Assembly (NCBI RefSeq): GCF_963529205.1
Contig: NZ_CAURYF010000003.1
Coordinates: 12,258-76,257 of the forward strand
DNA: 64,000 bases
Direction of reading: 5' to 3'
DNA from: Streptococcus cristatus
Lineage (GTDB): Bacteria > Bacillota > Bacilli > Lactobacillales > Streptococcaceae
Under the pieces are notes generated by a model. The model had not been told where the DNA came from. It did no database searches and saw only the letters and a program-made list of their open reading frames with translations. The position numbers and the translations under genes were made by a program. Numbering within the stretch: position 1 is the stretch's first letter; each line of letters starts with the position of its first letter. Positions 11,322 to 19,400 of the stretch are shown here, piece by piece.

Positions 11322-11431
11322 AATTTTCCTCAATCTTTTTAAAATAAACTAGGATTATTGTATCACAAAAATAGGTTGAAATGTAGTTAAATTTTTGTAG
11401 GGATTGTAAAAGCCCCATTAGGGGCTTAACA

Positions 11432-12748
11432 TTAGATAGCAAATAAATCATTGAGGTTTTCAGCCAGAGTTGGATGAGTGAAGATTTGCTTGCTCAAGTA
11501 GGTGTAAGGAATCTTATTATCCATGGCTACAGTCAGGATATTGATAATTTCCTGAGCCCCTGCTGAGAAGATTGTTGCTCCGACGATTTCCTTGGTTTCA
11601 GTGTTGACAACGGCCTTGAAGGCACCGCGTAAGTCAGCATTGACATGTCCACGAGGCATTGCTGCGACTGGAATCTCCTTAACTGCAATCGGCAGGCCTT
11701 GCTCTTGGGCTTCCTTTTCAGTCAATCCGATTTGAGCCAAAGGCGGTGTGATGAACATGCTGGTAGGGACGTTTTTACGGTCTTCCAGTGTGTAGCTGCC
11801 ATCGCCAGCTAGATAGCTATAAAGGATACGGAAGTCATCCAGTGAGATATAAGTAAACTGCAGACCGCCATTGACATCGCCCGCTGCAAATACACCAGGT
11901 ACAGTTGTTTCCAAGTGTTTATCAACCTTGATAGCTCCGCGCTCTGTCAGCTCAATGTCGGTATTTTCCAACTGAAGTGGCTCAACATTCGGCTTGCGGC
12001 CAGTAGCATAGAGCAAGGCATCAAAGCGGAATTCTCCATCCTCTGTCACAACCACAACTTCATCACCATCATTTTTAATCTGCTTGGTTTGTACATTTTG
12101 CAGGAGCTGGATTCCGTCTTCTTCCATGTACTGCTTAGCTAGAGCAGCGATAGAAGGCTCAACTCGAGGGAGAAAGACAGGAGCAGCATCCAGCACAGTT
12201 ACCTGACTGCCCAATTTATTGTATAGTCCGGCAAATTCTAGGCCGATGTTACCGCCGCCCAGAACTCCCAAGCGTTTAGGAAGTTCTTTCAGATTTTGGA
12301 TGCCAGTTGAGTCATAGACATGCTCGGTCTCAGTCAGTCCTGGAATTGGCAGGACATTGGAAACTGCACCGGTATTGATGACAATAGTCTCAGCAGTCAG
12401 TTCCTCTTTTTCATCGCCAGCTGTGATTTCGATGATTTTATTGGAAAGGAAATGAGCTTCCGCATCGATGATGTCGACACCAGCGCCACTGATTGCTGCG
12501 TAGTTCTTCCCGTTGAGACGGCTGGTTACAGCATTTTTTTCAGCCATGACTTGGTCGAAAGCCAGGCCTTTTTCAGCTGCGACAAGCAGGGTCTTGGTTG
12601 GGATGCAGGCAATATTGATACAGGTTCCCCCGTACATAGCCTTGCTTCGCTCAATCAAAGCAACTTTTTTTCCTTGGGCCGCCATTTTGGCTGCCAATGT
12701 TTTACCGGCCTTACCAAAGCCGATGACAATTAAATCATAGGTTAACAT
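11432..12748 (-). CDS. har: Flavoprotein disulfide reductase, RclA/Har-type hypothiocyanite reductase
   Basis: GGTCINIACIPTK redox motif, C-terminal THPTLAE; N-terminus MLTYDLIVIGFGKAGKTLA resembles pneumococcal Har as recalled. Confidence 0.75.
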   Translation of the reverse strand: MLTYDLIVIGFGKAGKTLAAKMAAQGKKVALIERSKAMYGGTCINIACIPTKTLLVAAEKGLAFDQVMAEKNAVTSRLNGKNYAAISGAGVDIIDAEAHFLSNKIIEITAGDEKEELTAETIVINTGAVSNVLPIPGLTETEHVYDSTGIQNLKELPKRLGVLGGGNIGLEFAGLYNKLGSQVTVLDAAPVFLPRVEPSIAALAKQYMEEDGIQLLQNVQTKQIKNDGDEVVVVTEDGEFRFDALLYATGRKPNVEPLQLENTDIELTERGAIKVDKHLETTVPGVFAAGDVNGGLQFTYISLDDFRILYSYLAGDGSYTLEDRKNVPTSMFITPPLAQIGLTEKEAQEQGLPIAVKEIPVAAMPRGHVNADLRGAFKAVVNTETKEIVGATIFSAGAQEIINILTVAMDNKIPYTYLSKQIFTHPTLAENLNDLFAI

Positions 12749-12939
12749 AATTTACCTCCATTTTTCAAAAAGATTGTATCACATCTAGTCAGAAAATGCT
12801 GAGTTTTGCTACGCCTATTTTAAAAATGTAATTTAAGACGTCTTTATACACTTTGTCCATTTTATTAGAACCAAATTTTAGCGCTTTTTCTTGTTCTATG
12901 TTATACTTTTTTCGTCATAAATTTCTATAAGGAGAAGAA

Positions 12940-13296
12940 ATGTCTATTTTTACACTGATTTTGGCAAGTGTGGTTGCCTTGGAATTTTTCTATATTATGT
13001 ACTTAGAGACTATCGCAACGACTTCTGCAGCGACAGCACGGGTCTTTGGTATGTCACAAGAGGAGTTGGAGCAGAAGTCGGTCAATACCCTTTTCAAAAA
13101 CCAAGGTGTTTACAACGGGCTTATAGCTGTTTTGGTCTTGATTGCGGCCTTTGTGCAGCCTAATCCAGTTTGGCTGGGAATTTTTATGGTTTATATCATC
13201 TTGGTAGCGGCTTACGGTGCAGTTACCAGTGACCCAAAAATCCTGTTCAAGCAGGGTGGTTTGGCAATGTTGACTTTGCTGAGTTTATTTTTCTAG
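12940..13296 (+). CDS. DUF1304 family membrane protein
   Basis: YIMYLE and NQGVYNG motifs, about 4 TM. Confidence 0.85.
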   Translation: MSIFTLILASVVALEFFYIMYLETIATTSAATARVFGMSQEELEQKSVNTLFKNQGVYNGLIAVLVLIAAFVQPNPVWLGIFMVYIILVAAYGAVTSDPKILFKQGGLAMLTLLSLFF

Positions 13297-13340
13297 AAAG
13301 AGCGGGAAATAGTGATTCCCAGCTCTTTTTTACATAATGA

Positions 13341-13369
13341 TTGACTTTTTTATTAGACATGTGTAGAAT
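13341..13369 (+). promoter_or_regulatory. Promoter of the BlaI-like gene with an overlapping BlaI/CopY-type operator
   Basis: TTGACT(13341)-17-TAGAAT(13364); GACA-TG-TGTA at 13356-13365. Confidence 0.75.
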
Positions 13370-13406
13370 AAAATTAGAAGAAGACTTTAGAAAGGATGGA
13401 AATACA

Positions 13407-13784
13407 ATGAATCATTCAATTAAACGTTTACCAGATGGTGAATTTGCCATCTTAAAGATTATTTGGCACCTGCCAAATCCAACGACTTCTGCTCAAATTA
13501 TGGAAAAGCTAGGTGAAGATAACCATTGGAAGCCTCAGACCTTGTTGACAGTTCTGGCTCGCTTGACGGAAAAGGGTTTCTTAGAAAGTGTTCGAAAGGG
13601 ACGCGAAAGGCAATATACGGCCTTAATTTCGGAAGAGGAATATTTAGAAGTAGAGACGTCAGACTTTTTGAAGCGCTACAGCGGACATTCCATGGGAGGC
13701 TTTGTCAAGACTCTCTTTTCATCTAATTCTTTTTCAGAAAATGAACTGGATGAGTTGCGTAATTTACTGAATCAGAAAGAGTAA
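13407..13784 (+). CDS. BlaI/MecI/CopY family repressor
   Basis: EFAILKIIW, WKPQTLLTVLARLTEKGFL winged helix, C-terminal ELDELRNLL; RBS AAAGGA before ATG 13407. Confidence 0.92.
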   Translation: MNHSIKRLPDGEFAILKIIWHLPNPTTSAQIMEKLGEDNHWKPQTLLTVLARLTEKGFLESVRKGRERQYTALISEEEYLEVETSDFLKRYSGHSMGGFVKTLFSSNSFSENELDELRNLLNQKE

Positions 13785-13799
13785 GATGAGGTAGTATCC

Positions 13800-15305
13800 A
13801 TGAAACAGTTCCTTTTGTCTTTCCTCTTAACCAGTCTTTCCACTTCGATTTTGGTTCTGTTTTTGAGCCTTCTTTTTGCAGCCCTCAAGACCAAGATTTC
13901 AGTCAAGGTCAAGTATTTTGTCTGGTTTTTAATCTTGCTGAGCTTTCTATTCCCATTCCGTCCTCAGTTTGGCTCTGGTTTGATTCGGCTGAGTACTGGG
14001 GCGACTGTTCAGACAGCTGTTAGAGCTGGCCAGACAGGTGGAGGGCAAGCTGTTTCTCAAGTAGCTGAGAAAGCAACCCAGGCCAATCTCTGGGAGGCTT
14101 TTCTGGGTCTACCTTGGTTTGAAATATTCTTTGCCATTTGGCTGCTTGGTTGTGCATTTAACCTAGGTAAATATGCCTATTCTTATATCCGTTTCAAAAA
14201 GATGTTGCAACGTTGGGGGACAGAGGTTGAGGACGAAGAGACTGTGTTCCAGTTGCATTTGATCAAAGAAAAGATGGGCGTTAAAAGTAAGATTCGTCTG
14301 CTCCACTACCCTATGACACAGAGCCCAATGTTGCTAGGATTCAGGGATATTTTGATTGTGCTACCGGAGCTGGACTACACGGAGGAGGAGCTGCAGCTGA
14401 TTTTTCAGCATGAGTTGACCCATTATCAGCACCGGGATGTCTTGATTAATCTTCTTGCAATTTTCGCCAAGAGCCTGCATTGGTTTAATCCAGTAGTGCG
14501 TTTTGCTTGTCGGGAAACTCAGGAAGCAGGAGAAATGTATTGTGACTACGATGTTTTGAGCTGTAGAGATACAGAGTATCGGACTTTCTACGGTGAAACG
14601 ATTTTGACCATGATAGACCGCAGTAAGAAGACCCCGATTTCTCTGACAACTTGTTTTTACTCTGATAATTTTAATCTTAAGCGGCGGATTGTCGGCATTA
14701 TGGATAACCGCCTGCCTAAGAGGTTTCTGTCTGCTTCTTTCGTAGTAGCAGTTCCTCTACTTTTACTCTTGTCTAGCTCGGTCTTTGCCTTAGAAAATCC
14801 TGTCGCACAAGATAGTAAACTTGTCTTAGAGTCCAAGAAAGCGGAAGGACTTAGTCAGCGTCAGGCCTTAGAAACAGTTTTGAAGGAACTTTCTCTGGCT
14901 GAAAAGGATGTCAAAGATGTGCAGATTTCACGTGAGAAAGGCAATTATAAGATTCTCTTTTCACATGGACAGACGGCTCATGAGCTCACTGTAAATGCCA
15001 AGACTGGAAAAGTCGTCCAATCCAAGCAGCATACCATTGTTGAAAAGACAGTAACAGTTGAAAAAGAAGTTCCGGCATCATCGTCTTCTGCAGCGACTCC
15101 AGCTGATAGTGAAAGTGGGAATGTGAATGCGGGTCAGACGGGAAGTGTTAGCTCGCCGACTCTTGCGACCAATAATGTGACAAATTCAAATACAAACACT
15201 AGTACAGCACCTGTCCAACCTCCTGCTCAAACTAGCTCTTCAAAGAGTAAGGATAAAGATCGTGATGATGACAAAGACGATGACGACGATGATGATGACG
15301 ATTAG
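13800..15305 (+). CDS. BlaR1-type M56 metallopeptidase sensor with PepSY-like extracellular domain and poly-Asp tail
   Basis: SPML.G, HELTH zinc motif, HWFNP, E..CD and LKRRI; then TM, PepSY-like segment (HELTVNAKTGKVV), Ser/Thr-rich linker and DDDKDDDDDDDD. Confidence 0.9.
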   Translation: MKQFLLSFLLTSLSTSILVLFLSLLFAALKTKISVKVKYFVWFLILLSFLFPFRPQFGSGLIRLSTGATVQTAVRAGQTGGGQAVSQVAEKATQANLWEAFLGLPWFEIFFAIWLLGCAFNLGKYAYSYIRFKKMLQRWGTEVEDEETVFQLHLIKEKMGVKSKIRLLHYPMTQSPMLLGFRDILIVLPELDYTEEELQLIFQHELTHYQHRDVLINLLAIFAKSLHWFNPVVRFACRETQEAGEMYCDYDVLSCRDTEYRTFYGETILTMIDRSKKTPISLTTCFYSDNFNLKRRIVGIMDNRLPKRFLSASFVVAVPLLLLLSSSVFALENPVAQDSKLVLESKKAEGLSQRQALETVLKELSLAEKDVKDVQISREKGNYKILFSHGQTAHELTVNAKTGKVVQSKQHTIVEKTVTVEKEVPASSSSAATPADSESGNVNAGQTGSVSSPTLATNNVTNSNTNTSTAPVQPPAQTSSSKSKDKDRDDDKDDDDDDDDD

Positions 15306-15312
15306 ATAAAAG

Positions 15313-15364
15313 ATTCTACCAATTGAGGTTTCTTGATAGAAGCAGCGATTGGTAGAATTTTTTT
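15313..15364 (+). terminator. Terminator after the M56 gene
   Basis: ATTCTACCAATTG...CGATTGGTAGAAT followed by a T run. Confidence 0.75.
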
Positions 15365-15447
15365 ATCTTTATTTTTGGTAGAATCTAGTCTTCAACTCAT
15401 AAATTGAGGTCAATTTTAAAGTTTTTTAAATTTTAGTAATTTTCCTC

Positions 15448-15590
15448 TTGACTTTTTAAAACTACAAGCGTAGAATGTAAGTATAAACTACAAATGTAGA
15501 ATAAAGTTTTGAAAATACTGTCCGGAAAGTATGAGAGTAGTAGAGCAAGGGCTCTCTTTCTTTTAAAACTTTAAACGACACTTGTAGAAT
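15448..15590 (+). promoter_or_regulatory. VTC operon promoter with three BlaI/CopY-type operators
   Basis: TTGACT(15448)-17-TAGAAT(15471); AAACTACAAGCGTAGAAT, AAACTACAAATGTAGAAT and AAACGACACTTGTAGAAT. Confidence 0.8.
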
Positions 15591-15605
15591 AAAAGGGGAA
15601 TTAAA

Positions 15606-16337
15606 ATGAAACAAAAACAAATCCAAACGAACTTCCTACGTGTTGAAACAAAGTACATTTTAGACCGTGCGACCTTGGCTCGCGTAGAAGCTGAGATGCA
15701 TGCTTACCTCATTCCGGATGATTATGCAACTTCGACTATTTCAAATGTCTATTTTGATAATGATGATTTTCAAATGATCCAAGACTCGATTGCTAGAAGA
15801 GGCGGCCGTGAAAAGCTACGGATGCGGACTTATGCAGCGGAGCCAACAAGGGATAGTCAGGTATTTTTGGAAATCAAGAAAAAGTCGGAGGACGTTGGCT
15901 TCAAGTATCGACTGGTTTCAAATCTAACTTCAGTTGTTAATTATATTGAGAAAGGACTTACAGACCAAACTATTTCTGATGAGCGGGTCAAGACAGAAGT
16001 GGAGCTGTTGCAGGAGCGTTATGCAGGCTTAAAACCGAAAATGGTAATTAGCTATGATCGTTATTCGATGAAAGGATCAGAAGATAAAAAAGTTCGTGTG
16101 ACGGTTGACTCCAATATCCGCTTCCGTGATTATGATGTAGACTTGACTTCAGGTCGCCACGGCTATCCTCTCTTGGAAGACGATATGGTGATTATGGAAA
16201 TCAAGGTTTCAGGGGAATATCCTCAGTGGATGTCTGAAATTTTGAATAAATACGGCCTTGAAGCTCAGTCCTTCTCAAAATACGGCAAAGCCTATCTAAA
16301 ATCTAAAGAATTGGTTCCTCAAGCCGTCAAGGTTTAA
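15606..16337 (+). CDS. VTC-domain (CYTH/TTM superfamily) polyphosphate-polymerase-like protein
   Basis: RVETKY, SNVYFD, KLRMRTY, FLEIKKK, YDR, RVTVDSNI, IMEIK and FSKY motifs. Confidence 0.9.
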   Translation: MKQKQIQTNFLRVETKYILDRATLARVEAEMHAYLIPDDYATSTISNVYFDNDDFQMIQDSIARRGGREKLRMRTYAAEPTRDSQVFLEIKKKSEDVGFKYRLVSNLTSVVNYIEKGLTDQTISDERVKTEVELLQERYAGLKPKMVISYDRYSMKGSEDKKVRVTVDSNIRFRDYDVDLTSGRHGYPLLEDDMVIMEIKVSGEYPQWMSEILNKYGLEAQSFSKYGKAYLKSKELVPQAVKV

Positions 16338-16348
16338 GGAGAGAAACA

Positions 16349-17032
16349 ATGATTACACAGTTATTTAACAGCATCTATTCTTCGGCCGAAATCAAGGTTA
16401 ACCCTCTAGCTCTAATAGCCTCCCTCGTGACGGGCTTGATTTTGGGGATTATTTTGGCCAAGGTTTATAAGCACCAAACTATTTACACCAAGGAGTTTGT
16501 CATCACACTGTCTCTCTTGCCGGCCATTATCTCCATTATCATTTTCTTGGTAAATGGAAATCTGGGAACCAGTGTCGCTGTAGCAGGAACATTCAGTTTG
16601 ATTCGTTTCAGATCAGCAGCAGGAGGGTCCAAAGAACTTTTAGCCATCTTCATGGCGACAGCGATTGGGATCACGACAGGAATGGGTTTCTTAGCTCTAG
16701 GAGTTTTTTTCACGCTCCTCATTTCCTTCTTTTGGTTGCACTTTGAAAAGATGGGCTTTAGTTCGGTTAGTCAAACCAGACGTTATGTCCAAATTCAGAT
16801 TCCTTCTGAGTTAGACTATGAAGTCCTTTTTGAAGCAATCTTTGAAACAGCCTGCAAAAGTTTTGAGTTGACCTCGGTCCAGTCAGTTGACAATAAGTTT
16901 ATCAAGTTGGACTACGTGGTTGATTTGAAACCAGATGTAAGCGACCAGCACCTCATTCAACGCTTCTTACGCTATGAGAAGATTAAGAATATTTCCTTCT
17001 CGAAAGAAGCCAAAAAACGAAAAACCTTGTAA
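16349..17032 (+). CDS. DUF4956 family membrane protein
   Basis: VNGNLGTSVAVAGTFSLIRFRSAAG signature, several TM plus soluble C-terminal domain. Confidence 0.9.
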   Translation: MITQLFNSIYSSAEIKVNPLALIASLVTGLILGIILAKVYKHQTIYTKEFVITLSLLPAIISIIIFLVNGNLGTSVAVAGTFSLIRFRSAAGGSKELLAIFMATAIGITTGMGFLALGVFFTLLISFFWLHFEKMGFSSVSQTRRYVQIQIPSELDYEVLFEAIFETACKSFELTSVQSVDNKFIKLDYVVDLKPDVSDQHLIQRFLRYEKIKNISFSKEAKKRKTL

Positions 17033-17056
17033 GGTAAAAGACAGTCGTTTTGAATG

Positions 17057-17092
17057 ACTTGCATCCCAAAAGTTATCTTTTGGGATGCAAGT
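17057..17092. repeat. Perfect 16-bp inverted repeat (terminator; possible IS-end remnant)
   Basis: ACTTGCATCCCAAAAG-TTAT-CTTTTGGGATGCAAGT. Confidence 0.7.
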
Positions 17093-17166
17093 GTTTTGTT
17101 GATCAATATAGCTGTAATCTCTCTAAAATGCTATAATGTAGTTATCCAGAAGTGGAGGATTGAAGA

Positions 17167-17784
17167 GTGCTTCATATAATAATCATCATTTCTATCATAC
17201 TTTTATTACTCATGTTTCATTCTTTGATTCAGCAATCAAAGAATCCTTCGGGCTTTCTAGGAAAACGAATGATGAAATTGTGGAATCGAGCCTATATCCC
17301 CATGTTTGTATGGGCAATTCGTCATCTGGATAGGACATTTTACCCTGTAATCTTAGATGTAGGAGTTGGGAACGGCCGTTCAACCATCCTACTGAAAGAA
17401 ACCTTTCCGCAAAGTACTATAACTGGAATCGATATTTCAGACATTGCAATAGCTCAAGCCAAACAGATAGGGATGGTCAATCTAAATTTTGAACGAAGAG
17501 ACGTTAGGGAGACAGGATTTTCTGATGAAAGTTTTGATTTGATTACAGCTTTTCAAACGCATTTTCATTGGCAAGACCTAGATGCTTCTTTTATAGAGCT
17601 TCGAAGGATACTCAAATCAGATGGGATGCTCTTACTGGCTTGTGAATATAACAAGTTGTCTTACTTTTTACCAGAGGTCCAAAGCGAAGAAGCATTTAGA
17701 CGATTTTTGTTATCAGTAGGCTTTGAGCTCGTAACTAGTCAAAGAAAGGGATCGTGGATCCTTTATAAAATTGTCAAACATTAA
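17167..17784 (+). CDS. Class I SAM-dependent methyltransferase with hydrophobic N-terminus
   Basis: ILDVGVGNG, GIDIS, FDLI and RILKSDG motifs. Confidence 0.85.
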   Translation: MLHIIIIISIILLLLMFHSLIQQSKNPSGFLGKRMMKLWNRAYIPMFVWAIRHLDRTFYPVILDVGVGNGRSTILLKETFPQSTITGIDISDIAIAQAKQIGMVNLNFERRDVRETGFSDESFDLITAFQTHFHWQDLDASFIELRRILKSDGMLLLACEYNKLSYFLPEVQSEEAFRRFLLSVGFELVTSQRKGSWILYKIVKH

Positions 17785-17797
17785 TGGAGGCACAATC

Positions 17798-18421
17798 ATG
17801 AAACAATTATTTTTATGTTCATACTTTGCTGGTGTCAAAAAGCTTTTTAGAGATTATGCAAAGGAAAAGAATCTAGAAAATAAGGTTTTATTTATTCCTA
17901 CCGCTGGGAACAAAGAGGACTATACTGCCTATATTGATGAGGCTCAGCAAACATTCAGAGATTTAGGATTTGAGATAGAGGTTCTAGATATTGCTTCTTG
18001 TGATCGAGAAACTGCACAGGCAAAGATTTTCCAAAGCAAAATTCTTTATATCTCTGGCGGGAATACATTTTATTTATTACAAGAATTAAAGAAAAAACAA
18101 CTCCTATCTCTTATCAAAGAACAAATAAGAGATGGGTTGGTCTATGTGGGAGAATCAGCAGGGGCTATCATTACAGCTAAGGATATTGACTACAATAAAC
18201 TCATGGACGATAAGACCGTAGCGACAGAGTTATCTGATACAGCAGGATTGGATGAAGTGGATTTTTACATCCTTCCACATTATGGTGAGGAGCCTTTTAC
18301 TGATAGTAGCAAAAAGACCTTTGAAACCTATAAAAATCAGTTCAGTTTAATGCTAATAAACAATTCCCAAGCCGTAATTGTAAATGGTGAAGAAAGAGAA
18401 GTCGTTTCTGAACAGACTTAA
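17798..18421 (+). CDS. Peptidase S51 (peptidase E / GATase1-like) family protein
   Basis: FIPTA, SGGNTFYLL, GESAGA and LPH motifs; GGAGG RBS. Confidence 0.88.
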   Translation: MKQLFLCSYFAGVKKLFRDYAKEKNLENKVLFIPTAGNKEDYTAYIDEAQQTFRDLGFEIEVLDIASCDRETAQAKIFQSKILYISGGNTFYLLQELKKKQLLSLIKEQIRDGLVYVGESAGAIITAKDIDYNKLMDDKTVATELSDTAGLDEVDFYILPHYGEEPFTDSSKKTFETYKNQFSLMLINNSQAVIVNGEEREVVSEQT

Positions 18422-18580
18422 AATAAATTTCTTTTTGCTATTATGATGTTCATTCTAACAATTTGTTGCTTTTAAAAAAGAAAGTGAAGATAATATAAGT
18501 TTATGGCAGTTTTTTTCTTGACATTTATCCATTTTGCGTGTAGAATAGAATAGATCTTGGACTTGAAGGGAGTGAAAAAA

Positions 18581-18757
18581 ATGTCAAAAACAGTAGTACG
18601 TAAGAATGAATCTCTTGACGATGCTCTTCGTCGTTTCAAACGTGCGGTTACTAAAGCTGGTACTCTTCAAGAAACACGCAAACGTGAATTCTATGAAAAA
18701 CCTTCTGTAAAACGCAAACGCAAATCAGAAGCAGCTCGTAAACGTAAAAAATTCTAA
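18581..18757 (+). CDS. rpsU: 30S ribosomal protein S21
   Basis: [21 protein letters not shown]. Confidence 0.98.
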
Positions 18758-18819
18758 TAACTAGAATGAGAAAACAGTCGATTTGGCTGTTTTTTTCTTT
18801 TGGTTGAAAAGCGTATAAT

Positions 18820-18851
18820 AAAACAGCACTGAGTTTTCTCAGTGCTGTTTT
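18820..18851. terminator. Bidirectional terminator between rpsU and mscL
   Basis: AAAACAGCACTGAG-TTTT-CTCAGTGCTGTTTT. Confidence 0.8.
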
Positions 18852-18855
18852 GATA

Positions 18856-19242
18856 TTAGTTTTGTTTTTCAAGCAAGCTCTTGATTTCTTGTAGAACTTC
18901 AAGTTCTGTTGGTCCAGCTGGTGTTTCTTCAGCAGCTTCTTCGTTCTTTTTAGCAAGGCTTTGTGCTTTTTCAGCAGACTTAACGATGAAGAAGAGAACA
19001 GTACCGACTACCAAGAAGTTGATCACAGCGCTCAAGAAGTTACCATAAGCTACTCCGTTCCATTTCAATTGAGAAATTTGCTCTAATTGTGCAGCTTTCA
19101 AAATTGGGTTGAGGAAGAGGGGAGTGATAACGTCAGTAATCAATGAGTTAACGATTGCTCCGAAAGCATTCGCAATGATAACCCCGACTGCTAAGTCAAT
19201 CACGTTACCGCGTAGCAAAAATTCTTTAAGATCCTTTAACAT
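18856..19242 (-). CDS. mscL: Large-conductance mechanosensitive channel
   Basis: FLLRGNVIDLAVGVII, YGNFL and LQEIKSLL motifs. Confidence 0.96.
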   Translation of the reverse strand: MLKDLKEFLLRGNVIDLAVGVIIANAFGAIVNSLITDVITPLFLNPILKAAQLEQISQLKWNGVAYGNFLSAVINFLVVGTVLFFIVKSAEKAQSLAKKNEEAAEETPAGPTELEVLQEIKSLLEKQN

Positions 19243-19400
19243 TTTCTTTTCCTTTCAAAAAATAATTTAATATTTGAGATTATATTATAGCTTAAAGAAG
19301 CAATTATTTCAAGTCATTTGCCTATCAAATGTTTTACATTTGCGTCAAATTATTATAAAATATAGAGTGATATTCTGTGATGAATTGGAGGTATTGTCTA

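Noticed and set aside
13407..15305. Beta-lactam resistance (bla/mec) or copper (cop) locus
   Set aside because: No penicillin-binding sensor domain, no beta-lactamase or PBP2a, no CxC motif in the repressor and no Cu-ATPase nearby
18541..18546. TGTAGAAT at the rpsU promoter as another BlaI-type operator
   Set aside because: Only the -10 half matches; the upstream ACA half-site is missing
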